A stretch of DNA of 64,000 nt, from positions 613,189 to 677,188 of the forward strand of contig BPHJ01000001.1 of NCBI GenBank assembly GCA_026003475.1. Direction: 5' to 3'. Within the stretch, counting starts at the first letter, position 1. The number at the start of each line of letters is the position of its first letter. A program made the position numbers and the translations under genes. The notes beneath the pieces were generated by a model. The model worked only from the letters and a program-made list of their open reading frames with translations. It was not told where the DNA came from and ran no database searches. The stretch comes from Candidatus Kapaibacterium sp. (lineage in GTDB: Bacteria > Bacteroidota > Ignavibacteria > Kapaibacteriales > NICIL-2). Below are positions 1 through 8,671 of the stretch, piece by piece.

Positions 1-509
1 TGAGTGCTCATGAAGTTTATTGTTTTGCGGATGCGTTTTCCTCCAAGCTGGGGCGTGATATCGTCGAGAACTCTTTTGGCTTGGTTGTCAACAATCCAAT
101 CGCTGGTGTAGTGTAAACGCCAAGAGTAGCCGTTGCATTTGCCCTGACGGTAGCGGATGAACTCCAGTTCTGCCAGGAAGCTGCTGTAGTCGCAGCTCTT
201 GCGTTTAGCACAGCGGGACAGTGCGAGCGCACTTTCGACGAATGTGACACAATCGAATCCATCACTGGTGAAATGGCATTCCTCGGTGAGGGATGAATCA
301 AGTGTTCCTGCTCGGTAGGGTTTGCCAACAAATGTCTGAGCTACCAGTGCATAGAGAATGCTGAAGGGTTTGTCGCGCCAGCCAAGCTTGTCAATGAGAT
401 TGCATTGGGATTGGATGAACACGGAGTCACGATTAGGTGTGGCCAGGGCGACAGAACAGAGCATCAATGAAAGTGTCGCCAACTGCTGCAAGGACCATGA
501 CGATTGCAT
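1..509 (-). CDS. DUF1460-like (N-acetylmuramoyl-L-alanine amidase-like) secreted protein; C-terminus cut by the window edge
   Basis: Hand translation of the minus strand from the ATG at 509 (alternative ATG at 578) gives MQSSWSLQQLATLSLMLCSVALA (signal-peptide-like) ...DGFDCVTFVESALALSRCAKR...GKCNGYSWRLHY... running off position 1. It is absent from the ORF track because there is no in-window stop. The DUF1460 assignment rests on a recalled FDCVTFVE-type motif. Confidence 0.4.
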   Translation of the reverse strand, partial: MQSSWSLQQLATLSLMLCSVALATPNRDSVFIQSQCNLIDKLGWRDKPFSILYALVAQTFVGKPYRAGTLDSSLTEECHFTSDGFDCVTFVESALALSRCAKRKSCDYSSFLAELEFIRYRQGKCNGYSWRLHYTSDWIVDNQAKRVLDDITPQLGGKRIRKTINFMST

Positions 510-601
510 CAATGCGACGGGAAATTGTGGAGTGCTGCGAAAATAATCGAGCAGGGCGCTCGTTTGAGGAGCAGACATTGAGCGTAGCTGTGGTGAAGTG
601 C

Positions 602-1858
602 ATGCGAAAACTTCTTTTCCTCTTGCTGGTATGCATGCTCCAGGTGTCGGCACAGAAGCTGCTGATTCCGATGGATGCGCGCACACAGTCAGATCATCTC
701 AAAGCATACGGCATTGCGTATTGGGTGCTCACACGCGGGCAACCAGTTGATTGGCTCCTCAATTACCGCGGTGGTTCGTTCATGACCGACTACAGCGATG
801 CGATTGCTGCCGAGTGTCGAGTGCGTGGTGTATCCTTCGAAGTTCTCGATGGAGCAGCTGCCGCCTCTATTCTTGCCGACGTGACAAGCGACAATTCCAA
901 TACCGACGCTGTCCGGCTGGAGAAAGCTCCGCGCATCGCCGTCTATGCACCACCGGGCTTTCGTCCGTGGGATGATGCTGTCACGCTTGCTCTCGAGTAT
1001 GCCGAAATCAAGTACGACAAAGTATGGGACGAAGAGGTCCTTGCGGGCAAGCTCGAAGGTTACGATTGGCTACACCTGCACCACGAAGATTTTACTGGAC
1101 AGATCGGCAAGTTCTACTACTCGTTTGCAACAGCACCGTGGTACATTGCCCAAGAACAACTTCTCCGCACGACCGCACAGAAACTGGGGTTCAACAGCAT
1201 TCGCGAACTCAAGCTGGCGGTAGTCAATAAAATTCGTGAGTTTGTCGCCGGTGGGGGATTCATGTTCGCCATGTGTACGGCCACCGATACCTACGATATC
1301 GCCCAAGCTGCCCACGCAACCGATATTGTACCCGCGCTCTTCGACGGTACTCCCGTGGATCCAAATTGCCAAAGCAAGCTTGATTACGGCCGCTGTTTTG
1401 CGTTCGAGAATTTTCATGTGATCACCGATCCTGCCATCGTTGAATTCTCCGATATAGACGTTGACCCGATGATCCTCCTCCCCAACCAAGCTGCCGACTA
1501 CTTCACGCTCTTCGAGTTCTCTGCCAAATATGATCCCGTCCCGACAATGCTGACGCAATGCCATGTCAACGTCATCAAAAATTTTTTAGGGCAGACAACC
1601 TACTTCCGCAAACAGTTCATCAAAAAATCGGTCACTATTCTTGCTGAACGGGATGGGACCGACTTTGCCAAGTATATTCATGGTAATTTCGGCCGGGGTA
1701 CGTTCACGTTCTATGCAGGGCATGACCCCGAAGATTATCAGCATGCCGTGGGCGATCCACCGACGGATCTATCGCTCCACAAAAATTCTCCTGGCTACCG
1801 CCTCATTCTGAACAACGTACTCTTCCCGGCTGCTCACAAGAAGAAGCAGAAAACCTAA
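602..1858 (+). CDS. secreted protein with a class-I glutamine amidotransferase-like (ThuA/DJ-1-like) fold; function unknown
   Basis: Internal ATG at 602 gives MRKLLFLLLVCMLQVSAQ (signal peptide). The track start at 437 would overlap the divergent gene. Core RIAVYAPPGF...WLHLHHEDF...GGGFMFAMCTATD resembles a GATase1/ThuA nucleophile elbow. The family call is tentative. Confidence 0.35.
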   Translation: MRKLLFLLLVCMLQVSAQKLLIPMDARTQSDHLKAYGIAYWVLTRGQPVDWLLNYRGGSFMTDYSDAIAAECRVRGVSFEVLDGAAAASILADVTSDNSNTDAVRLEKAPRIAVYAPPGFRPWDDAVTLALEYAEIKYDKVWDEEVLAGKLEGYDWLHLHHEDFTGQIGKFYYSFATAPWYIAQEQLLRTTAQKLGFNSIRELKLAVVNKIREFVAGGGFMFAMCTATDTYDIAQAAHATDIVPALFDGTPVDPNCQSKLDYGRCFAFENFHVITDPAIVEFSDIDVDPMILLPNQAADYFTLFEFSAKYDPVPTMLTQCHVNVIKNFLGQTTYFRKQFIKKSVTILAERDGTDFAKYIHGNFGRGTFTFYAGHDPEDYQHAVGDPPTDLSLHKNSPGYRLILNNVLFPAAHKKKQKT

Positions 1859-1908
1859 TCGCACGCAAGCTATGATGCGCCTCTGCTGATGATGGAATGC
1901 AAATGCGC

Positions 1909-2445
1909 CTACGGGCTACCGTCGCTTGGCTCTTTGGGTTTGGTCAACAATTGACGCAAGCGGTCCATCATTTGCCGCTCGAGAATACCGTTTGCATTCC
2001 ATGCATGCGATAAATGGGTGACGTAGGCTTCATATCCGCTCAGCTCTGCAGTGAGGACAACTTGCACCTTCCTGTCTGGGAGATCGCGTAGGCTGAAGTT
2101 GTACTGAATGCGTCCGGATGTCCAAACACCACCCCGAATAATCGGGACACGCCCGTAACGCTTGAGGACGTCGTAGGTGCTGTCTTCTCCTGATGCGAGC
2201 ACGCAGGGGGCAGACCGAATGTTGCCACGGTACATTTCCGTCTGCTCATCGAAGGATTGCTTTTCGCTTTCGATGCCGCAATGTTGTTCCTCGATCAGTT
2301 GCTTTACTGCTCGCCAAACGATCGGGAACGGGCGTGCAAACGTATCCCGCAGAACGACAAGCGAATCTTGCTTCTGTGCTGGTAGTGGTAGGGTGCACAG
2401 GACTAAACTGAATATGCCAATAGCAATGATTGCACTGCGTATCAT
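1909..2445 (-). CDS. hypothetical secreted protein (178 aa, N-terminal signal peptide)
   Basis: MIRSAIIAIGIFSLVLCTLPLPAQ signal peptide. Its start overlaps the smc stop by 4 nt (ATGA), implying translational coupling downstream of smc. I recognise no family. Confidence 0.5.
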   Translation of the reverse strand: MIRSAIIAIGIFSLVLCTLPLPAQKQDSLVVLRDTFARPFPIVWRAVKQLIEEQHCGIESEKQSFDEQTEMYRGNIRSAPCVLASGEDSTYDVLKRYGRVPIIRGGVWTSGRIQYNFSLRDLPDRKVQVVLTAELSGYEAYVTHLSHAWNANGILERQMMDRLRQLLTKPKEPSDGSP

Positions 2446-5400
2446 ACGATGGGCTCGGTTGGTGAAACAGGTTCTGGATCGGTAAGACGAACGGAAACGA
2501 TTTTCGATACGCCAGGCTCCTGCATTGTAACGCCGTAGAGCACGTCGGCAGCTTCCATTGTCCGCTTGTTGTGGGTGATGAGCAAGAATTGGGTCGTCTG
2601 ACTAAACTGCCGGATGAGCCGGAGGTAGCGATCAATATTCGCATCGTCGAGTGGGGCATCCACTTCGTCGAGAATACAGAAGGGTGAGGGCTTGACCAGG
2701 TATATCGCGAAGAGCAGTGCAATCGCGGTGAGGGTTTTTTCTCCGCCGGAGAGCATCTCGATGGTCAGCGGACGCTTTCCCTTGGGTCGGGCAACGATGT
2801 TGATCCGCGCTTCGAGCGGGTCATCGCCATCCATGACCAGGTCCGCTTCGCCATCGCCTTGGAACAGCAACGCAAACAGCTCCTTGAAATGCTTTCGAAT
2901 TGCCTCGAGGGTGCTCAGAAAACGCTCTCCTGCCGTTGCATTGATTTCTGCAATCGTATTCCGCAGATTCGTTTCGGAAGATTGCAAGTCACGGTATTGT
3001 TTTTCGAGCTCTTCCAGCCGCTGGCGCTCTTGGGTGTACTGTTCGAGTGCGGAGAAGTTGATTGCTCCCAGCGATGCGATCTGTGCTTCAAGTTTCCCAA
3101 TTACTGCATCGAGTTCCTCGGTTGGCATATCGTTCTGCGGTGAGAGGGAGGATAGCTCGCACTGGTAGTTGTTGTGTGCGTGCTCGATCAATTGCCCACG
3201 GAGAAGCTGAAAACGCTCCTGTTCGATCTGAAGTTCATGTCGTCGGGATGTCAATTGCTCAAGCTCAGCTCGCATGGTTGCGATGTGATGATGGGTCGAG
3301 GAGAGCTCGGCTCGACGGTCTGCCAACCGGGATTCTAACGCCCGCCGCTGTGAGCGGATGTCGTCGAGCGTTGCTTGGAGCTGAGTTCGCTCGGTCGTTG
3401 TGGTCGCAAGTTCGGATTCGAGTTGCATGCGAAGGGCTCGGACTTGTTCTTGTTCGGCAAGTGTGGATTGGTCATTGCTATCGAGAGTGGTGCGTTCAGC
3501 TTCAGTGCGGGCAATGGATTCGTGAACAGACTCGATGCGAGCGCGAAGTCTGATCGAATCCAATTGGTGAGTGTGGAGCTGCTCTTCGAGCGCAGTAACG
3601 TGTGTCTCGTGGGTACGGTAGGCGTCGGCAAGGTCCCGTTGCTGGCGGAGGAGATCAGCGCGCTGACGATCGCAGAGACGAAGCTGCTCGTCGAGTGCAG
3701 CATCATCGGCTGCAAGGGCAGTAAGTTCCTCGGTGATCGCTTTTCGTTCTGCTTCGAATTGTTGCAAATCGCGTTGAAGCTGCTCGTAGCGGAGGGCTAA
3801 CTGTTCAATGATGCGTCCCTGCTCATGGAACTGTCGCTCGGTGGTGCGAATGCGTTCGATAAGTTCCTCGATGGCGAGAGTGTCGCGTTCATCGAGTGCC
3901 GCACGGAGCTCGTCTGCCAGGGTAGAACGTTCGTTGTCGAGCCGTGCCAGTTCTTGCTCAACAGCGCTGATACGTTGTGCCCGCCCGATGCTATAGCCTT
4001 CGGTTTGCAACGGCTGACCGATGCGGAGCAAACCCGAACGGTAGCGGAACTGGCCGATTTCATCCACGACAGCGGTAACCAGAGGCTGTTGCTCGAAGAG
4101 TGTGTCGGCATCCTCGAGCGAGCGGCATGTCGCAACGCCGCTGAGTACGCCACGAAGAAAGCTTGCAAGAGGTTCGTCACACTCGATGAGGCTGCTCAAC
4201 CATACGCTGCTAAGGGATTTCGGCAGTGGCGGTGGCGGTGGAATCGAGGGGATGAGTTCCTTGCAGATGAGATGGACTTTCCCGCGATGATTTTGAGACA
4301 GCCAACCAGCGACAGCAGCCACATCGGAGCGTGATTCGACGACAACGTACCACTGCATTCCACGCAGTGCTGCTTCCAGCGCTATTGCCCATTTGTCGGG
4401 GATAGTGACGACATCACCAAGAAAGACGACTGAGGTTAGCGGAAAGTCGTCGTCGGTCTGGATTTCAAGCTGTTCCTGCTCGATGATGCTCGCAAGGAGT
4501 GTATGCTGAGCCCGGTAGTGTGCGTATTCTTCGTTGAGTTGCTCGCGGCGACGTCGGAGATGCTCAATTGTGCTCTCCAATTGATCACGTCGGGCTGTCG
4601 CTGTCGCAAGCTGCTGCTCAAGCTGTGCAAGCGTCTGGCCGAGCGATGCGGCAGCTTGACGGTGGTGCTGTTGTTGACGGTCCAGTTCGGCTAATGCCGC
4701 GGTGATTCGGTCTAGTTGCGAGGTTAGTGCCTGAACGCGCTCGTGATGCTGTTCGACGGTTCCTCGGAGCTGGGAACGAAGCAGTCCAATTCGCTCGCGC
4801 TCCCGTTCGAGCCTGTGGAGTGGCTCGTTGAATTGCTCAAGGTTGTGGCGCAGCTCAGCAAGTGTGGCACGTGCCTGTTCAAGTTCGTTCTGTGCGCGAT
4901 CGCGATTTGCGTCAAGCTCGGCTTGTTCCTGGAGGAGTTGAGCAAGCAGGGCGTGGAGTTTGTCAAGTTCTTCCTCGATGGTATCGCGCTTGGTTGAACG
5001 GGTGTAGGCATCGTTGATAAGCGATTCGAGCGTTGCAGTCGTTGAAGTAAGACGTTCGGTTAGCACTGCAGCTTGTTGCGTAACCGTTGCCAGTTGGGTG
5101 GCTACCTGCTGCTCGGTTTCATAGAGTTGTTGGCGCTGCTGCTCGAGTGCTTCAATGTCTTCGGTCAAGGTGTGGAGCAAGGTATCCGCTTGGTTGAGCT
5201 GAGCGGTCAGGTGCGCATGCTGGTTGTTGAGCTGCTGATGGTGTGTGGCCAGTTCTTCCAATCGGTGCGTGTAGTGCAGGTATGTACGGCGGTGACGCTC
5301 AAGTTCGAGGGTGCGGAGTTCATCGGTAAGGGCGCGATAGCGTTCAGCACGCTCTGCCTGACGTTTGAGTGCACCGACCGTCCGCCGGACTTCGGTGATG

Positions 5401-5981
5401 TGGTCGAGGACACGTTCGACGTCGGAGCGTGTGGCGTCCAGCTTTGCCAGCGCTTCTTTTCGGCGTTGTTTGTACTTGACGATGCCGGCAGCTTCTTCGA
5501 ACAGGTGGCGTCGCTCGTCGGAATGATCCTCGAGGATTTGTTCGACCATCTTGAGCTCGATGACCGAGTAGGCATCGGCACCCATTCCCGTATCGGTGAA
5601 CATGTCAACAATGTCTTTGCGACGGCAAAGGCTGCCGTTGAGCAGATACTGGCTTTCACCATCGCGATACAGCCGACGCGTGATGACAACTTGTGAAAAT
5701 TCAGCCGGGAGGATTTTTTTTGTGTTTTCGATTGTGATGGATACCTCGGCCATACCGACCGGCTTCCGCGTGCGCGTGCCGTTGAAGATGACCTGGCTCA
5801 TTCCATCGGTGCGGAGAAGGGAGGTCTTCTGTTCACCAAGAACCCAGCGGATTGCATCAACGATATTGGTTTTGCCGCTACCGTTTGGCCCGACGATCGC
5901 TGTCAGCCCATCGCTGAACTCGATGGTTGTCCGATCGGCAAATGATTTGAATCCGTGCAGTTCGATGCGTGATAGGTACAT
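2442..5981 (-). CDS. smc: chromosome partition protein Smc
   Basis: 1179 aa. N-terminus MYLSRIELHGFKSFADRTTIEFSDGLTAIVGPNGSGKTN (Walker A), long coiled-coil arms, hinge, and a C-terminal LSGGEK...LDEVDAPLD signature/Walker B. Confidence 0.95.
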   Translation of the reverse strand: MYLSRIELHGFKSFADRTTIEFSDGLTAIVGPNGSGKTNIVDAIRWVLGEQKTSLLRTDGMSQVIFNGTRTRKPVGMAEVSITIENTKKILPAEFSQVVITRRLYRDGESQYLLNGSLCRRKDIVDMFTDTGMGADAYSVIELKMVEQILEDHSDERRHLFEEAAGIVKYKQRRKEALAKLDATRSDVERVLDHITEVRRTVGALKRQAERAERYRALTDELRTLELERHRRTYLHYTHRLEELATHHQQLNNQHAHLTAQLNQADTLLHTLTEDIEALEQQRQQLYETEQQVATQLATVTQQAAVLTERLTSTTATLESLINDAYTRSTKRDTIEEELDKLHALLAQLLQEQAELDANRDRAQNELEQARATLAELRHNLEQFNEPLHRLERERERIGLLRSQLRGTVEQHHERVQALTSQLDRITAALAELDRQQQHHRQAAASLGQTLAQLEQQLATATARRDQLESTIEHLRRRREQLNEEYAHYRAQHTLLASIIEQEQLEIQTDDDFPLTSVVFLGDVVTIPDKWAIALEAALRGMQWYVVVESRSDVAAVAGWLSQNHRGKVHLICKELIPSIPPPPPLPKSLSSVWLSSLIECDEPLASFLRGVLSGVATCRSLEDADTLFEQQPLVTAVVDEIGQFRYRSGLLRIGQPLQTEGYSIGRAQRISAVEQELARLDNERSTLADELRAALDERDTLAIEELIERIRTTERQFHEQGRIIEQLALRYEQLQRDLQQFEAERKAITEELTALAADDAALDEQLRLCDRQRADLLRQQRDLADAYRTHETHVTALEEQLHTHQLDSIRLRARIESVHESIARTEAERTTLDSNDQSTLAEQEQVRALRMQLESELATTTTERTQLQATLDDIRSQRRALESRLADRRAELSSTHHHIATMRAELEQLTSRRHELQIEQERFQLLRGQLIEHAHNNYQCELSSLSPQNDMPTEELDAVIGKLEAQIASLGAINFSALEQYTQERQRLEELEKQYRDLQSSETNLRNTIAEINATAGERFLSTLEAIRKHFKELFALLFQGDGEADLVMDGDDPLEARINIVARPKGKRPLTIEMLSGGEKTLTAIALLFAIYLVKPSPFCILDEVDAPLDDANIDRYLRLIRQFSQTTQFLLITHNKRTMEAADVLYGVTMQEPGVSKIVSVRLTDPEPVSPTEPIV

Positions 5982-6141
5982 GCTCTGAAGCTTTTCGATG
6001 AGAACGTTACCGGTAGCGGCAATTTACGAAGCGCCAGAAACGGATGGTCTCAATGATAAAATTTTGAGTATATTGTAAAATAATTTGATGGTGTTGTCGT
6101 ATTTTTGTCATGGATTGTTTGTCCTTTGTTTGGATACACTA

Positions 6142-6585
6142 ATGAAAAGCATGGTGTGGTTTGTGGCAATCGCTGTTACCCTGATAGTCGGTGGTTGTAG
6201 TACAAAGAGTGAGGATGCTCATGAGTCCGCAAAGGCAGCCACGGTGAGTGAAGTTGGGGTGGGGCCAATTCAGCGGGTTGAACTTGGAGCACTCGACGTT
6301 GCACTTGCCAAGAAAGGAGCCGTGATATTCGAGCAGAAGTGTTCAGCCTGCCACAAACTCGATTCACGGTACGTCGGACCAGCTCTCCAAGGGGTCACCC
6401 AGCGACGCAAACCGGAGTGGATCATGAACATGATTCTGAATCCAGCAGAGATGCTGGAGAAAGATCCAACTGCAAAGGAACTGTTAGCTACCTATCTGAC
6501 GCCGATGACTTTCCAAAACGTTAGTCACGACCAGGCACGCGCTCTGCTTGAATATTTCCGTCAAGTGGATGGCGCTGTGCATTGA
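6142..6585 (+). CDS. monohaem c-type cytochrome lipoprotein, nos-associated (likely electron donor to NosZ)
   Basis: MKSMVWFVAIAVTLIVGGCS lipoprotein signal, a single CSACH haem-binding motif, and position immediately upstream of nosZ. AT-rich promoter-like region 5982-6141 upstream. Confidence 0.8.
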   Translation: MKSMVWFVAIAVTLIVGGCSTKSEDAHESAKAATVSEVGVGPIQRVELGALDVALAKKGAVIFEQKCSACHKLDSRYVGPALQGVTQRRKPEWIMNMILNPAEMLEKDPTAKELLATYLTPMTFQNVSHDQARALLEYFRQVDGAVH

Positions 6586-6611
6586 ATGTTACACACACTG
6601 TGGAGGAAGCT

Positions 6612-8573
6612 ATGAAGTGGTCCCAGTTGCTTACGATTGTGGTCGCAGCGGCAATCGTGAGCGTAACAGTCCAAAGCTGCAAGAATGGTGGATCGGCCAC
6701 AGCGTTTGCAGGCGATGATGCGGCAAAAGCTGTTTACGTGCAGCCTGGCAAGCACGACGAATTCTACCTGTTCACATCCGGTGGGTTTAGTGGTCATGTT
6801 GGTGTCTATGGCTTACCCTCTGGGCGCTTGTTTCGGGTGATTCCAGTCTTCAGTGTTGATGCTGAAAGAGGCTATGGTTTCACCGAGGAGACCAAACCGA
6901 TGCTCCAAACATCCTATGGATTCATTCCATGGGATGATGCCCATCACCCCGAACTCTCGATGACCGACGGGAAGCCGGACGGACGGTGGCTGTTCATCAA
7001 CGCAAATAACACACCGCGCATTGCACGGATTGATCTCCGCACGTTCCGCACTGCAGAAATCATCGAAATTCCCAACAGTGGTGGTAATCACTCATCGCCC
7101 TTCTGCACCGAGAATACTGAGTACGTCGTTGCAGGAACACGCTTCAGCGTACCGCCAGGTGGACAAGACGTTCCGATTGCCTCGTATAAAGAACATTTCA
7201 AGGGCATGCTCTCGTTCGTCCGAGTCGAGCCGACAAGTGGAAAGATGGAACTTGCATTCCAGATTCAAGCGCCACCGTTTGACTGGGATTTGAGTCATTC
7301 CGGGAAAGGACCGTCGCGCGAATGGTCATTTTTCTCTTGCTATAACTCCGAACAAGCAACCACGCTGCTGGAGGTCAATGCCAGTCAGAAGGACAAGGAC
7401 TTTATCCTTGCGGTCAATTGGAAAAAAGCAGAAGAGTATGCTAAGCAAGGCAAGGGCAAGCGGATGAAGGCAACTTACTACACCAACCGCTACGATGAGT
7501 CCACGCACACTGCCACGAGCACTGTCAACAATGAGGTCACCGTCCTCGATCCGAAGGATTGCCCTGGGATGATGTATTTGATGCCATGTCCGAAATCGCC
7601 ACATGGCGTGGATATTGATCCAACTGGTGAATACATTGTTGGTGGAGGAAAACTTGCAACGGTGATCCCAGTGTATTCGTTTTCGAAGATGCAACGCGCC
7701 ATCGCCGACAATGCTTTCGAAGGAGAGATAGCTGGTATCCCAGTCATCAAGTACGAAGCATGTATCGCTGGCGAGGTGCAGAAACCGGGGCTTGGTCCGC
7801 TCCATACCGAGTTCGATGGCAAGGGGTACGCCTATACCTCGATGTTCATCTCATCGGAGATCGTCAAGTGGAAGCTTGGTACGTGGGAAGTTGTTGACCG
7901 GGTGCCGACGTATTATTCGATTGGACACTTGTGTATTCCCGGTGGCGATAGTAAGCAGCCGTGGGGTAAGTACGTTATCGCGCTTAACAAGATCACAAAA
8001 GATCGCTACTTGCCCACTGGACCTGAGCTGACACAATCAGCACAGCTCTACAGCATCGAAGGTGATAAAATGAGGCTGCTTCTCGATTTCCCGACGGTCG
8101 GCGAGCCGCACTATGCACAAGCATGTCCAGCAGAACTGCTCGAGAAAAATGTAGTTCGCACTTTCAAGCTGGACGAAAACAAACATCCATACGCTGTGAA
8201 AGCGGAAAAGGAGACACGGGTTGAGCGAAAAGGCAACCAAGTGCACATCTACATGACGATGATTCGGTCGCATTTTATGCCCGACAATATCGAGGGAATA
8301 AAGGTTGGCGATGAGGTGTACTTCCACGTGACGAATCTCGAGCAAGATTGGGACATCCCCCACGGATTTGCTGTCCTGGGCGCTCAAAATGCTGAAATGC
8401 TCATCATGCCGGGTGAAACGCAGACGCTCAAGTGGGTCCCAACGCGAGCGGGGGTGTATCCATTCTACTGCACAGATTTCTGTTCAGCGCTCCATCAAGA
8501 GATGCAGGGATACGTGCGTGTTTCTGCATCGAGTTCGTCGGTTCCGATTAGCTATGGTAGTGGTACCAAGTAA
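6612..8573 (+). CDS. nosZ: nitrous-oxide reductase NosZ, clade II (Sec-type signal, lipobox)
   Basis: MKWSQLLTIVVAAAIVSVTVQSC signal/lipobox (not a Tat RR motif), seven-bladed propeller region, C-terminal CuA motif FYCTDFCSALHQEMQGY. GGAGG Shine-Dalgarno at 6603-6607. No C-terminal cytochrome domain. Confidence 0.93.
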   Translation: MKWSQLLTIVVAAAIVSVTVQSCKNGGSATAFAGDDAAKAVYVQPGKHDEFYLFTSGGFSGHVGVYGLPSGRLFRVIPVFSVDAERGYGFTEETKPMLQTSYGFIPWDDAHHPELSMTDGKPDGRWLFINANNTPRIARIDLRTFRTAEIIEIPNSGGNHSSPFCTENTEYVVAGTRFSVPPGGQDVPIASYKEHFKGMLSFVRVEPTSGKMELAFQIQAPPFDWDLSHSGKGPSREWSFFSCYNSEQATTLLEVNASQKDKDFILAVNWKKAEEYAKQGKGKRMKATYYTNRYDESTHTATSTVNNEVTVLDPKDCPGMMYLMPCPKSPHGVDIDPTGEYIVGGGKLATVIPVYSFSKMQRAIADNAFEGEIAGIPVIKYEACIAGEVQKPGLGPLHTEFDGKGYAYTSMFISSEIVKWKLGTWEVVDRVPTYYSIGHLCIPGGDSKQPWGKYVIALNKITKDRYLPTGPELTQSAQLYSIEGDKMRLLLDFPTVGEPHYAQACPAELLEKNVVRTFKLDENKHPYAVKAEKETRVERKGNQVHIYMTMIRSHFMPDNIEGIKVGDEVYFHVTNLEQDWDIPHGFAVLGAQNAEMLIMPGETQTLKWVPTRAGVYPFYCTDFCSALHQEMQGYVRVSASSSSVPISYGSGTK

Positions 8574-8605
8574 TCAGCACTGTGTGTTGCGCACCGTCAC
8601 ACATC

Positions 8606-8647
8606 GGGGCAGGGGAGACCGCGTGTTGACCCTGCCCCTTGTTTGTT
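8606..8647 (+). terminator. candidate rho-independent terminator/attenuator after nosZ
   Basis: Stem GGGGCAGGG (8606-8614) pairs with CCCTGCCCC (8630-8638) around a 14-nt loop, followed by TTGTTTGTT (8639-8647). It lies 33 nt after the nosZ stop and before nosB. Confidence 0.45.
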
Positions 8648-8671
8648 CGTGAAACTATTGCAACGAATACA

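Noticed and set aside
17-331. 104-aa minus-strand ORF in the track
   Set aside because: It is an alternative frame of the real DUF1460-like gene on the same strand. Its translation is low-complexity (Ala/Ser/Thr-rich) with no motifs.
437-601. N-terminal 55-codon extension of the 437..1858 ORF
   Set aside because: It overlaps the divergent minus-strand gene. The internal ATG at 602 is followed by a clean signal peptide, so 602 is the likely start.
5073-5696. 207-aa plus-strand ORF (and several others) antisense inside smc
   Set aside because: These are typical long antisense ORFs in high-GC coding DNA. They lack start context and domain-like sequence. smc on the opposite strand is unambiguous.
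6070-6105. FNR/NnrR-type box upstream of the nos operon
   Set aside because: Only a TTGAT half-site with a non-palindromic partner (TTGAT-N4-TTGTC) was found. There is no proper TTGAT-N4-ATCAA palindrome.
8639-8671. TTG-initiated 11-codon N-terminal extension of the nosB ORF
   Set aside because: The extension lies inside the T-tract of the terminator-like hairpin. The ATG at 8672 is immediately followed by the first TM helix.
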